Positions 50,070 through 63,600 of a stretch of 64,000 nt of DNA are shown piece by piece. A model generated the notes under the pieces. That model saw only the letters and a list, made by a program, of their open reading frames with translations. It ran no database searches and had not been told where the DNA came from. This DNA comes from Tubiluchus corallicola (taxonomy: Eukaryota > Animalia > Priapulida), in assembly GCA_030141605.1 (NCBI GenBank), contig JAQGDQ010000062.1, positions 248,001-312,000 on the forward strand, in the 5' to 3' direction. Made by a program: the position numbers and the translations under genes. Every line of letters begins with the position of its first letter. Within the stretch, counting starts at the first letter, position 1.

Positions 50070-50161
50070 GGGTCATTTTACTGAGTAAGGTCATTAACAT
50101 TAACATGTCGAAAAACAGTTTTGTTTAGAACCTCTACATTAAGAGTGACGTTTCCTGCTTT
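50070..50161 (+). promoter_or_regulatory. Same cis-module upstream of the third gene
   Basis: GGGTCA 50070-75, AGGTCA 50088-93, TTAACA, GAAAAAC, TGACGTTTCCTGCTTT; donor gtgagt at 50270. Confidence 0.6.
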
Positions 50162-50247
50162 CCGTTTTACCGCTGGAAATTCGATCGCGTACAGGTCTTT
50201 AAAAACTATCACACTATTTGTTTGGTTTGTTATCTACTGGTTTCTCT

Positions 50248-50435
50248 GCTCTTAGCTAACAGCAAATAGGTGAGTGCTAAACAAAAATCTCATAAATCTA
50301 TAAATTGTTTAATAATTATAATTAATTTGCTTGACTGAGTGTGTACTCTTAGCTAACAGCGATAAGTGAGTGTTATCAAAAATCTAATAAAACTACGAAT
50401 TAATTAATAATCATGATTGTTTGACTGAGTGTATA
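50248..50435 (+). repeat. ~95-bp tandem duplication spanning the first donor site of the third gene
   Basis: CTCTTAGCTAACAGC..GTGAGTG..AAAAATCT..TTGACTGAGTGT occurs twice. Confidence 0.75.
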
Positions 50436-51737
50436 ATTATTTTTGCCCCATCATTTCAGTGCAATGTAAAATAACAATAATTATCACGTCGATGGTACAT
50501 TTTGTATTATACAGTAGGCGCCGTGTACTAGACGGTTAATAGAATCAGTTGCCTAACTGACTTCAAGACATCAGGTACTGGCTACTCCTATCCAAATGTA
50601 TGAAAGAACTCGGCAATTGACTTACAACATTCTTACCACATGTGCCTAAATATGTAAGATACTTTTGTGTGACGAATTCACATATTTTCCTTTTGTGCAC
50701 TACATTGTAAGTATAAACAATCATGTTATGCACGGATTTGTTTGTTATTATGTACATTTATCACGCGCTGATATGCCAGTACAGCGGTTTTGCTTTGAAT
50801 CTGTCACCCCCTGCAATTAACAACGTTGTTTCGGTTGCTGTACTAAAATTGAAAGGCTTATAAAAATAAAAATAGAACGTAGTACTAGAAGGCATTTTCG
50901 AAACAACGTACGTTCCTCAGTAAAAGTGAACGTGCGTTTACTTGTACTATATTTCCTGTACTAAACAGTTTATGAAAAAGATTCAAAAGCCTGTCAAATG
51001 TGGTCCAAATCATTAAAACAGGTAAAAACCGACTGCGCCGAAATTTGCGCACTGCAATGAAAATTCCAACGGCATAGTCCAGTGAATACTGCAAAAGTTT
51101 ATTTTACACCAGAATTGCCTAACGATAATACTGCAACAAAAGCTAAAATAAATTTTAAAATATTATTATAATACATTAATACATGTATTATAAAAAATAA
51201 GTTATATATATATATATACCTATATATAACAAACCTAAATGCAGCAGAGATGGAGTTAAATTAGCCAAACGAACGATTTTTCGTCTTAGTAGCAAGATCC
51301 AGAATTAAGTAAATTAAAACAAATTTTCTCCACACAAAATTTCAGCCAAATTTTATATATACTTTTCGTGTTATTTCAACTCATTTGGAGTTAAAAAGTT
51401 GGAAAAGTGTGAGGACGGGCGTGAATAAATAACTGAATAACGAATTTCTTCTAAGACCAGAGCTCACGATCGCGAAATTTAAAAATTTTCTGTTTAAATT
51501 TTTATATTTCTTGTCTTTTTTCTCAAGTACGACAATTGTCTGCAGCATGGTTTGGGTGATTCAGATTTGAACCCTTGGCCGCCTCCGCAACAATATGGTA
51601 TCGCTGTCATTCGTAATTTTTTTAGTTTCTTTCCTTAAGTTGGCTTGTCTCATTTAGGTGAAGCCCTGATTATTTGGAAACTGTTAAATATAGGAATTTG
51701 TGCTTATTTTAGGCGTGTGTAGCACACCGAACAAAGA

Positions 51738-54700
51738 ATGGACGGGAACAGTGTAGGCCTACGTTGGACAATCAACTGTCTGCTATTAGTCTTATTATTT
51801 ACCTCTGTTGCTTCTCAGAAAAGTGGGCCTACTGCTGACAGAGACGACCTAGCTAGTCCAGTCGGTTAGTACTCTAATATCTGCTTATTTTTTTTATAAA
51901 ATGATGAGTCTTTAACGTATAATTAAAGTAAAGTAAAGTACAAGTAAAGTTTTTCTGTAAACTTGTAACTATAGCCGATCTGCATTTAATTTCTTGCAAT
52001 GTAAAATGCAAAAATATTGTGGTAAACTGGTCATTTTACATTCCAGTTTTTTCCGGCTTTGAGTTATTGCAAAGTCTCGAACACTTGCATGATGAATAAA
52101 ATATCAAAATTAAATGCTACCCATTTTAAATTGAAATGTCTGTACTGTGATAAAGCCTTCAGGCTTTGGAATTTCCGATCACTGATTTTTAAAATTCAAT
52201 TTTTAAGCATCGATTTATAACAAAGAAACCAAAGATAGACCTAAATCTGTCAAATTCATTTTTAAAATATATTTAATGTATTATTTGTACAGATGAAGAG
52301 TGTTGCTGACAAACTTCGCTATCAGTAGTTTTGTAACAAAAAATATCTGTCCTGTCTTACCAATCTATCTGCCCGTCAGTCTGGTTACCTATCCGTCTAT
52401 TTGTCATCCATCCAATCATCCGTTCGCCTGCCTGTCTAATTGCTGCCTGCCTAACTTTCTACTCAGTTACGTACCTTCTTATACCTGCCTACCTATCTAC
52501 TTGTTTATCTATCTATCAATCATTATCGAAAGAGTAACTGAAGTTGCATCGATACAAAACAAATCTTCCAATTTAATTGCTTTTCGTTAGATTGTTTTAA
52601 ATATGCATATGGTTTCGTTAACGGAACCTCTCCATGCATCCGTTACTCATTTTATTGTTATGTTTGCACGGCGAGGAGAATATCTACATCTTACTCATCG
52701 AATTCTGTTTGTACATTTTGAAACTGCGCTTCGCAAGTAAAATCCATACTGAGAATTCGCAAAGCGATATTATAGCATCATAAATGTATATTACAAATAT
52801 AGTATCATATATAAATATTGCCAAATTATTCGCAGTTTTCAAACTCGTAATGATGCTATAATATTACTTTGTGAATTCTCAGTATGGGTTTTACTTCTGA
52901 CGCGCGGTTAGACTATTTCGCACAGTGTTAGACTATTTCGCGCAAGTAATATACAATTGGGCAGAATTTTTGTTTTTTGAGCTCTATTTTTCTACTGAAA
53001 ATTTCTGTATCATAAGCAATAATTTATCAAGATCAGTCCAGGACTATGAGAACGAATTAAACCCATCTTTTATTTCGATCTGCTGTCTGCTTGATACTTG
53101 CTTTTTGCTATTCAGTTCATAATCAAAGAAAGGTCTGGTAATGAAATTAATTAGGTAGAACTGTTAAGTAAGTAAGTAAGTAGGTGGGTAAGTAAAATTT
53201 ATTTCAAACTAAAAGTTCATAGAACACACGTAATACATGTACGCGTAAAATTTACATAAAAATAATTACAAAGAACTTGTTCTTGGCAAACTGCTCGAAC
53301 TCGTTTGTAACTTATTTTTAAAATTTTATTTTAATTCGAAGTAGTATCATGATTGTATGGAAAAAATTATAACAGCAATATGTTTCGTATCAAAACCAGA
53401 ACTCCATCGCCAACCTGTTTAGGTATAGAGAAAATAGAGAGAAGTCAGCCATGACGTCACATTCATACCTTATTTCTGGTATAAAGTTTAAATTACTGGC
53501 CTACTACAGTACACATTTTTTTAACATTTCCCAGCCCCACATTGAAGTTTAATTATTACAGTTCAATGTGCAACTTGTTTAACAAATATTTTGCCTCATA
53601 GCAAATGAAAATTTACCTGATTTCTAGGCAAACATTCTATGCTTAATGTTACATGTTTATGATAGCAAAAATTTTCTCAATAAACTATTTGTAACGAAAA
53701 AATATTACAAACGCTGCTTAAAACATGGTTTTAAATTCCATTTTCTAAATTTAACAAAAATTAGCTAGCTGCTTATGACAATGAAATAAATAAAATTAGT
53801 TTACTTCTACTTTAATATAACATGAGTAAGTATTAAGATATAAGACAATTATCTAAACTATGCAAAACTAAGCTTAATTAAATTCTATCGGGCGTAGCTT
53901 ATTGGCTGATCTACGTAGAATTTTCTTGCCGGTTAGGACATTCAACGGCACGTACTAATCCGTCACTTCCTGGATAGGTGCCCACAATGCGTCCGAGTTT
54001 CCTTTCTCGTCTAGGTGTATTCTTGTCTATTATTAGTACAGTATCGTCCACTTTCAAGTTTGGGGCATCTGAGAACCACTTTTTTCTTGAACCCAATAAT
54101 GGCAAGTCTTTGCCAGAAATGTGAAATGAGTTCCTGAACACGTCTCCATCTTTTTCTCGGATGAAATGGCGCTTTGTCCGCGGATTCTGGTGCAATATCA
54201 CCTCCGATTTGTCCCTGTAAAAAGTGGTTTGGAGTGATGATTGGCTCGTCTCGTGGATCGTCGCTAGGTGGTGTTAGTGGCCGTCAGTTTATCAAACTTT
54301 CTGCTCCTACTATTGCCGTATGTAATTCTTCATTGTCGACATCAGCATTGCCAAAAACAGCTGAAATGGCACGTTTCGCTGATTTAATTAGTGACTCGAA
54401 TACTCCATCAAAATGTGGTGCCTCAGGTGGATCCCAAATCCACTCAACTCCGCTATTAGGTAACCTGCGTTACATCATCTCCTGGTCAGAGGCTGACACT
54501 AATTCTCGGACTTCTTTTTCTCCTGCTGTGAATTGTAGCATTGTCAAGCAAAACTTTCTTTGCCCATCCTCGTCGTGGCACCATTCTAGTAAATGCGTCC
54601 AAGAATGCATCTGTATCAAACTTTTAGCCATTTCTAAATGTACGGCCAGAGTTTGTAGACAGGTGAATAAACACAAATATCTCTTTACTCGTATTTTTCC

Positions 54701-57700
54701 TCGTCCTTGTTTCGTGACGTAGGGTCATCCATAATCAACTGCATTCATTGCATTGCGATTCTATCATCTTTATCACTCATCTTGATCTGACTATCCAATA
54801 TGTTTCTAGCAGTCGACTCTGCGTGTATGAGGTTCCTATATCACGATGATCTCGTTCATGATAGTACTTCACGATAAGCTGAGTGATCCAACTTTTTTGT
54901 GGTAGTATGATAAGATATATAGTGCTTGTTTTTGGGAACTTGGCATTCTGTAATCGAATATTTGCCTTCATTATTCCATCTTCAGCGTCGATGAATGGAT
55001 TCAAGTTCAAAATTTTACTGCATTTTCGTACAGGGTCTCCTTTGCAGAGTGCTGACCATTCCACTGGGAAAAAACTTTGCTGCGCATTCGTAATGATGGT
55101 TTTCTTAGCCGAATCCAGCTCTTTGGTTGTAAATTCGCCTCCTTTCATTCGCTCTTCGTTTTTAGGTCGGCAGTTGAAACAAAATCTTTTTACCCATGCG
55201 ATGACTCTCAAAATTGACCATCCGATAATATTGTAACCAGTTTTGGGCGTCGCTTTTAGCCACGACGAATATCTTGATGGTTCTATAATCCATTCAGAAC
55301 TTGCCTAGCCATTTTCGATTGTAGAAAACATTCTTACTTCAGCTTTTCGCAGCTCTTCCTCTTGCATTATGTTTCTGTTTGCATGTTTCTTTGCCCACTT
55401 CGTCTCCAGAAATCTGCGCATTTAAGATCGTATTCGAGAGCTCCAGAAACTGTTTGTGTTAATCATAGGCCCAGTATTGGTCCATGTAGTTCTAATCATG
55501 GTATAGATAAGCGTTTTAGTGGCGCTAACCTGACTTTAACTGCAACTAGTCGTACCGAGATTCGTCCATCTTCATACATGTATTCTGTATTTCCGCATAT
55601 TGCTGCAGCATAAGCATCTTTCGATGCATCAACGTATGTGTGAATTTGAAAGTTGACTATTGTGCCTTCATCGTGTAAGCATCTGGGAAAACAGCACGTC
55701 TTTAGAATCTCTAGTTCAGCAAACCATCTTTGTCGTCTTTCTTCCATGCCTGGAAGCGGCTCGTCATGTTTGCTGCATCATTATTTTCGCTCGTACGTCG
55801 AAAGGCGATCAGAAGCCCAATGGGTCAAAGTTTGAGATTAAGATCCGCAAAGTAGTCCTCCTCGCTAACGTAATATTTGTCAGGTGAAGCCGGAACTCTG
55901 ATTGTAAATGCATCTGCTGTGGGATGCCACATTATTCTAATGTTTTGGTTGATGGCAGTTTCTCACTCTCTAAATCAACCTCTGCTGCTAAATCGGATGA
56001 AGGTTTACTTTCCATCAGCTTAGTAGAGTTCGACAACATCTTTCTGAGATGAAAATTGGCTTTGTCCACTCAGCTGGGTTAGTTCATTTCGTAAAATTAA
56101 CATCTCTTCTTCGTCATCTCTGGATTCCATGACGTCATCCATGTAGCATTGATTCAGTACGACTTCTGAAGCCATTAGGTATTTTTCTTTGTTGATTACT
56201 GCATGGAAACGCCAACAGTTTCGCACGTAAGATGGAGAGTAAGTTGCTCCAAAAATGTGTCTCAGAAATTCGTAAACTTTGGGTGCTTCATTTTCTTGTA
56301 CATCTCTCCAAATAAAACGATGAAACTATCTATCTTCTTCTTTCAAGGCTACTTGTAAATACATCTTGGATATGTCGCCTATGAGTGCTACAGTACCTCT
56401 TCTAAATCGCGCTAAAAGTTTGAATAAGTCGTTGAGTAGTGCTGGCCCTGCATAGGCTTCACTATTGAGACCTTTCCCTTCATTTTTTGCACAGGCATCA
56501 AAAATCACTTATACTTTTGTCGTAGTCCGCTCAGGCTTCGCTATGCAGAAATGAGGAAGAAACGCTGTGGTTACGGTTCTTCTTCTTCGGGAACTCGTCG
56601 TATGTTACCTTTCTCTTCATATTGCATAAAAACGTTGCTGTATTCTGTCGCTATTCCTGGCCTGTGTTTAAGCGATATTTCCAAGCAATGCAGCCATTTC
56701 TCTGCCAATGGTCGATTGTTCTTTAGACCTGGTCTCTCTTTCTCCCATGGTACCACTACTTCATATCTGCCGTTTACCATTTTTCTCGAGCTTGTAATTT
56801 TTTCCTATGGTTTTCGTTCATCTGGTGTCGTGCTAACATCTTTGCCTGTCCCAGCTTCATTTAGTTCGTCGAATGATTACATTTAGATCTTCATCTATCT
56901 GTGTGAAGAAGTATGATCGAATTTTTGTTTGCGTATAATATTGCGAGGATTGATTGCTGCGAGGGTATGGTGTTCCCACAGTTGTCCATCCTAATAGCAA
57001 TATATCAGCCGTGCTTCGTATCAAAACCGGAACTCCCTCGCTAACCTGTTTAGGTATACAGAAAATAGAGGGAAGCCAGCCGTGACGTCACATTCATACT
57101 TTTAAAGCTTAAATTACCAGCCTACTACAGTACATATTTTTAACAGAACTTACATACACATAATAAAATATCAGGATTAGTGGAATTCAAAAAAAATAAA
57201 CTGCAATGGTTATTGGCAAACATTCATGAATTATAATTATTTGTACTGTATAGAACCTGCCTGCATCTATTGTGCAATTTAGACAGAATTAAAACATCAG
57301 AATTTAAAATACCATTATATATGAAATTATTGTTGCGTTTCTTAGCTCTCATCATAAAATTATATGTTAGAATATGCAATAATAAGCGCATTCAGCAATT
57401 TAATTAAATCGTTTTTCTCGTATTTCCTCAAATATGTTGAAACAAAACTAGCACTAAGAAGGTTTTGCCAATTTTACTTGCAGATGTGTTTACCAGCATG
57501 CTGAAACAACTCCTTGGAGGCTTAGTGAACAGCGCAAAGAATCAGAATGAGTTAGACGTTGCAGAAGACGATTCAAACAGTTTTGAGCCGCAACCACTGA
57601 ATGTTGCACTAGATGCGCCTGGACTAACACAAGAAGATGCAGAAAGTCCACCAGAATCAGATGAGGAAGACACAGTTATTCCACCAGAGACAACCCCGAA

Positions 57701-60697
57701 TTTAAGAGGGAGAGAGGAACCTCCGCTCAACCCAGAAGGAGACGGTAACTAAAAAAATCCGTATTTTAACATTTGAAACAGCTGACGGGGTGCTTCTTGT
57801 AATTTAAAATGTGCAAAACACCTCGAGAAAAAAGAAAACGATTTAAATGAAATTTTAATTCTATAATATACTATCAATCATCTATAATTTCCACAAAAAT
57901 ATCAATAAGTTTTTCTTTTAAATAATGCCGAAATTGGAGACATAAAACTGATGTACTTCCGAACTACCTTTTATTGCTTCTAATAATGTTCAAGATGCTG
58001 GCAATAAAATTACTGCAGACGTGTGTTAATGAATGACGAAAAGGTAGTTAGCCTGCCTTATTGATGAATTAGTCACCTCTGTGCAACGTCTGTAGTTATG
58101 AAGGAGACACATCTTCGAAGCTCTTGCGGATTCTTGAAATAATTTTTTCAAGATCCGGTGAACCATAACGGGGATTGGCTAGTTAATCCCATGATAATAA
58201 TAATATACAAATGCCAACAAAATTATGAGACAGCCTAGTGACCAATACCACATAGAAAATTACTGAACACTTTCTGGAAATTACTTTCAAAAATAATCGT
58301 AACTTAGGGATTGTGCAAGCAACTATCCACGAGCTTTGTCTTTATCGATGACTGAAGTGATGCCTTTAGGCAGTTGTGTGACATTTTCAATAATATTTAT
58401 GTTAAACAACTGAAAGAACTGATGCTATATCGAAAAAAATAAATTAACCTTGGTTTTTATAATCCTAATAATATATTTATTGAAAAAGCAAGCAGTAACT
58501 TTAACTACATTAAATTTATAAGATAAGATTTAAAGAAAATAATTGTAGCATCTGATAAGATATTTATTCAGGAGAAACTTGTTTGAACAAAAGCTAGATT
58601 ACAACTAGCTCTTGACTGGTGGTTTACACTTATTTAACAATTTAAGAAGATGATAAATTTAAATACACGTATAATTTACAAACATGCACATACTAACATA
58701 ATCTTTTAATTTATCTTGTCACACGCACATACAGATATAGGCCTAAGACAAGTGATATTTTCAAAAACATTTTGAAGAGAAATTTAATCAGCTCCCTTTG
58801 ATTATTTTGTTGGCTCCGTAATATTGCAGTTAGTAATGCTTCTGATTAAAAATTAATTCTTATAATATGTCTTAAGTTGACATTACAAACAATAAGGAAG
58901 CACAGTTAACTGATGACTGGTGAGATAATAATACATGATAATCTTGCATTAATAACTGTATAACAGAAAAGTAGGCAGTAATTGAATATAGAAATTGGAA
59001 AACTGTAAACATTTAAATAATGGCAACTAGAGTATACGTCACGCATAAGCATATTTTGTGACAATCGTAAAAAGGATTGTGACGACCACTGGCACAATTT
59101 TTGACACTCTATGGTGTATTATATAAAAGAATAAATGGCTTTGCCAGCAATGCGAAGTGAGTGTTGTCTTTTGCTTTATCCGAGCACGCCAGAGTTCATC
59201 ACATGTGGATAAAAATAATAAAAGAAATATTATAAAACATTCTCCATACTAATTTTTAAAGCAAAGGGTTTTTATCCAGAATTTTTAGCAAGGGTCCAAG
59301 TAGTTTGATTAAAACCAATGCTGTTTTTATGACATTATCATTTGTGCTTAGAAATAACGGGGACGAACAGAAGGACAAACAAACTTTAATGTTTTTTTGC
59401 AAAGTTATAAAAAAAAATTGCAAAAGTTATTTAATAGTAATATAATAACCTAGCCACTGGGGAGGGGGTGTTGGCAAGCCAAGCCCGGATAAATAGGGAG
59501 GGTTAGGGTCAGGAAGGGCATCCGCCTGTAAAAACTGCGCCAAAACCTTTCATGAATGAGTCGGTGAGACTTAAAGGTACAGTCCACAAAGAAGTGGTCA
59601 GACCGGCTCTAATCTATGGGCTGGCAGCAGTTTCTCTAAAGAAGACTGAAGAGAAGAAAATGGATGTGGTGGAGATGAGGATGTTGAGATGGATGGTGGG
59701 AATAACAAGAAGAGATGAAATTAGAAATAATAATATCAGAGTAACAGTAAAAGTAGTGGAAGCCTCGCAAGATTGCGATGGTACGGACACCTGAAGAGAA
59801 GAGCCGGTGAAGATCATGTGGGAAGGGAGGTCATGGAAATGGAAGTGCTGGGAAATAGAAGAAGAGGACCACCCAAGTGGAGATGGATTGAATGTATTAA
59901 TGGAGACCTTAGAGAGAATAACATAAATGAAGAGATGGTCAACAACAGGAATGCGTGGAGAAGATTCATTCACAACGGCGACCCCGCATACGGAAAAGCT
60001 GGGAAGAAGAAGAAGAAGAAGAAGAAGAAGAAGATTTAATATAATATAATTCAAAAATAATATGACTATAAATCACTTACATGCATACACGTAACGAAAA
60101 ATTCAGCTAAACCCAACCCAAGTGTAATAGGAAGAGAGAAGAGGATAATTACGAAAAAGAAGAGTTCGATAGTCGCTGCAGGTATACCAATGAGCTAACA
60201 TCAGGTCATCGTAGGTTTTTAAAACTATGAATATAACGTATTCAATTGACATTATTAAATTTTGCTTCATTTCCAGTAAAAGTAGTTTTTAGTGTTCAGG
60301 TGCTTATATTTGGCATTTTAGGATAACGATGTCTTTAAAACAAATGTATGTTATCTTGAACTGTGACATGACAAACCGCGCACACGCACACATAGACTGT
60401 TCATATGCATCAATTCGTCTGCTCGTCACGGTCAATATTTCGTTTCATAATTATTGTTAGAGTGTATTTTCGCGTTCAGGAAAATGTTCCAAATGTTCAG
60501 GAACTAACTCTATAATAGATTATAATAATCTTATGCAGACAGCAAATGGTTAATTTTGACTTTTATGCACATATATTATTATTGTTTTTCTTTACCTTTA
60601 ACAGATTTGCAACCAGTAGAAGATTTGCAACCGACAGAAGATGACGGTCTCGAGCGTCCTGGTCGTGGTAGTGGTGGTAAAGACATTACACAAAGTC
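51738..60697 (+). CDS. Secreted acidic Pro-rich protein, 3'-incomplete; probable paralogue of the upstream collagen
   Basis: Exons 51738-51864 ([42 protein letters not shown]), 57484-57744 and 60605-60697, all ending in phase 1. Signal peptide resembles that of the collagen. Confidence 0.72.
52721..52908. mobile_element. Hairpin MITE
   Basis: AAGTAAAATCCATACTGAGAATTCGCAAAG..TTATAGCATCA inverted against TGATGCTATAA..CTTTGTGAATTCTCAGTATGGGTTTTACTT. Confidence 0.65.
53278..57145 (-). mobile_element. Degenerate BEL/Pao LTR retrotransposon (gag/protease deleted) in an intron of the third gene
   Basis: Fragmented minus-strand pol: RT ([19 protein letters not shown]), RNase H/A17 ([19 protein letters not shown]), integrase (CLFTC..AVHLE) and C-terminal [19 protein letters not shown] copies 53278-53526 and ~57012-57145 with TG..CA ends; GAACT TSD at 53273-77 and 57146-50; PPT at ~53527-53540. 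Confidence 0.93.
57484..57744 (+). CDS. Exon of third gene (acidic/Pro-rich)
   Basis: [37 protein letters not shown]...[10 protein letters not shown]; ttgcag acceptor, gtaact donor. Confidence 0.78.
59452..60034 (+). mobile_element. Internally deleted (bipartite) RTE-clade non-LTR retroelement
   Basis: 5' AGGAAGGGCATCCG motif joined to an RTE ORF C-terminus ([39 protein letters not shown]); (AAG)n tail; possible TAATATAATA TSD. Confidence 0.85.
60605..60697 (+). CDS. Exon of third gene
   Basis: [31 protein letters not shown]; taacag acceptor, gtaagt donor. Confidence 0.75.
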
Positions 60698-63600
60698 GTA
60701 AGTGTTATAAGCATATTTCGCTAAGGAAGGCGTTGAAAAATTCTGATTCAACTAGAACCATCCATTCGTTTACAGGGCTGATGCTGTCAAAATTGAGTTC
60801 ACAAGTACACTCAGTATAAGTATCAAGTCTAAATCTCCATGTACTAAGAACGCGATTCAGTCAGAAACGCGCACGATATCCATAGCAATTTTAACCACTG
60901 TCATCAAATTAGTAGGCTTTGACTCAATGATTTTTTATAATTATTGAACTAGGATAAGCCAGAATTAGAAAACCTGAGGATTTATAGGTAACGAACAATT
61001 AACCTGTTGATTAATAGGAGGAAAGTGCCGAAGTCACCCAGGATTCGAATTCAGAACTTTTCATTTACAGGACAGATGCATTCCCAGTTGAGAATGTGCT
61101 TCCCATTAGTGGTGAGAGGGGTACAGTTATCCCACCACTTTTATTTGGTTTATAATATCTTGATGAGTTTTTGATAAAATCAAAGAAATTGAAAATTGGT
61201 CGTATGACAGGCATTAAGTATTCTGATACATTGCTTGCGAAAGTATTCCGAGTTTGCTACTACTACCTTAAATCGTTTCAGGCTATGGTTACGATTTGTG
61301 AGAAATATGTAAAATAACTTGACATAAACTTCGTTAGCTTTCGAAAAATAAAATTAGAATTAAATGTACAAAGTTTAATTTAGCTAAAACAGGCCGTCTT
61401 ATTTAAATCAGAAGATTAATCTAATTTGCAAGAAACTCAGTTGGTGTTCATGCACTTTTTTTAGAATTTTTTTTAGAATTCTATTCCAGATTTACTTCAG
61501 TGCACGAGTACTAGAAAACTGTAGTGAATTATATATAATAAAATGCAAATAAACATACAATTGCTAGAGATAAACATGGTGCAAATGAGTAAAGTAAGTA
61601 ATAAATGAGGCAAAAAAATAAAATTAGAAAAGGAGGTGTATCGAATGTCTGACAAATTAAGTGTCAATTTGTATTACATTCTAAACGACTAACAGCCAGA
61701 ATGCATCCTTCCTAAGAACTTTTTATTATAATATACTTTACAATTTGGGATATTATTTTGAGCACAAATTAGTGAAGTGGAAGTAAAAATGGTAACAGAA
61801 AAATTCTCGAATGAAAATATTATAAGCAGCTTGGAGTTTACGTGTAGTGATTGATTGATTATAATTTTATTTCAGACAAGAAAGTCCATATAAAAATACA
61901 ATGCATAAAATCCGTGAATTCAAATAGCCTTAACTAAAATCTAATTACTAAAAATAAAGATTAAATTAATTGCACACAAACACATATACAAGCAAACGAT
62001 TTTATGAATAAAATGACATTCACACGATTATCACTCAATACCCAATACATTAATACACGATCAAAAAACATTAATTAAGTTTCATAAATTCAAGAAACAA
62101 AATCGTAGGGTCCACGGAACAGAAGTGATCTCCATTTCGCATGAAGAGTAGAATGAATATAAGCATCACACTGTAACATAGATTTAATGTACAAATTAGA
62201 TGTATTAAAAAGCCTATTTCTAAAAGAAAATACAAACTTGTGCGTACGTCAAAATATGGGATGCCTAAATATACTGTCATTTCACGAGCATGTCAGGCGG
62301 AAAATACATACACTTGGTTGAGATGGTGCGAAAATCATGATTGTGCGAGAATTGTTCATAACATTTTAGCAACTTCTGCAAGGCATATCAAGACCGTGCT
62401 ATTATGCATAGATTGTCGGCATGCAGTAAGTGATCTATACAAGTAATTCCTAGCTTACACGTAGCATTTGAGTCTCAGTCGCGCATAGGCAGTGCGATAC
62501 ATCTCAGGTAAATCAGGAACAACGGGTGCCATTAAGCATGTGTTGAACTTATTAAAATCGAAAGAGATGGCAATAATGAAATATGATTATCCGTAGCATG
62601 ATAGCATGACTATGACGAGTATATCGTGAAGTCGCGGCCGACTACTTATAGTAGCATCGTGGTAATTGTTCTACATGCAGTATACTAAAGGACTAAGGTG
62701 GAAATGTGCTTGAGATTATAGGGGAGATGGGTGACAGTAAAGGAAATTTTGAAATCGAGCAGAGTAACCGTGAAGGCTTAGCACAGGCTTAAGAGAGTAT
62801 AACAGAACGATTTTTTAATTTTTTAAAAAATCTTTTTACATTTTTAAAGGATAATTTTTAATATTTTAATAAATCTTAGCTTTCTTAGATAGTAAGTCAA
62901 GTTCAAGTATAATTTTACATAATGTGTAATTTTGGTACAGCTTTATATGGCTTACAGTTTTAAATATTTTTATGTATAATCTTACATAACATATAACTTC
63001 AGTACAAATTTATAGTTGGTAGTTTTAAATATTTCTATGTAATTTTATACAATGCACATAATAGACGAAATGATATGTCTACGGCCTATGAAAGATGTTT
63101 AAGAGTTTTATGCCTTGCACTAGAAGGCATCTTTTACAGCTAAGATTGAAGTAGGCTGTGTGTTTTTCATCACGAGCAGAAACAGGCAGCAACTTGGTTT
63201 CTGAAAAACGGTCGTTTTATCTGCTTGACCAAGGAGCTGGTTGATCTGCTATAAACCATGATGCGTCATCAATAATAATTTTTAAATTATATAATTTTAT
63301 TAGTTTAGTCTTTAGCCGTAATTATAGACTTAGCAATTAAGTAATTGTGAGGGTTAGTTTGTCGTAGGCGTGGTGGTGCATTGTTGCAGCAGTATTTTTT
63401 TGCAAATTCGTCAGCATTGCAAGAATGTGTAGTGCCGACGTGGCGAGGTAATTTTGTGTTGAAAGATGTTTTACTTCGATTATATCTGTGCAATGGAAGC
63501 GTATAAATGTTTTTTTACTAATTACAGTGCTACAGACAATTGCTAATGATTTTGCCAAGAGTTGCCTTCGTGTTTTTTATTGTCGTCGAGTAATGGCCAC

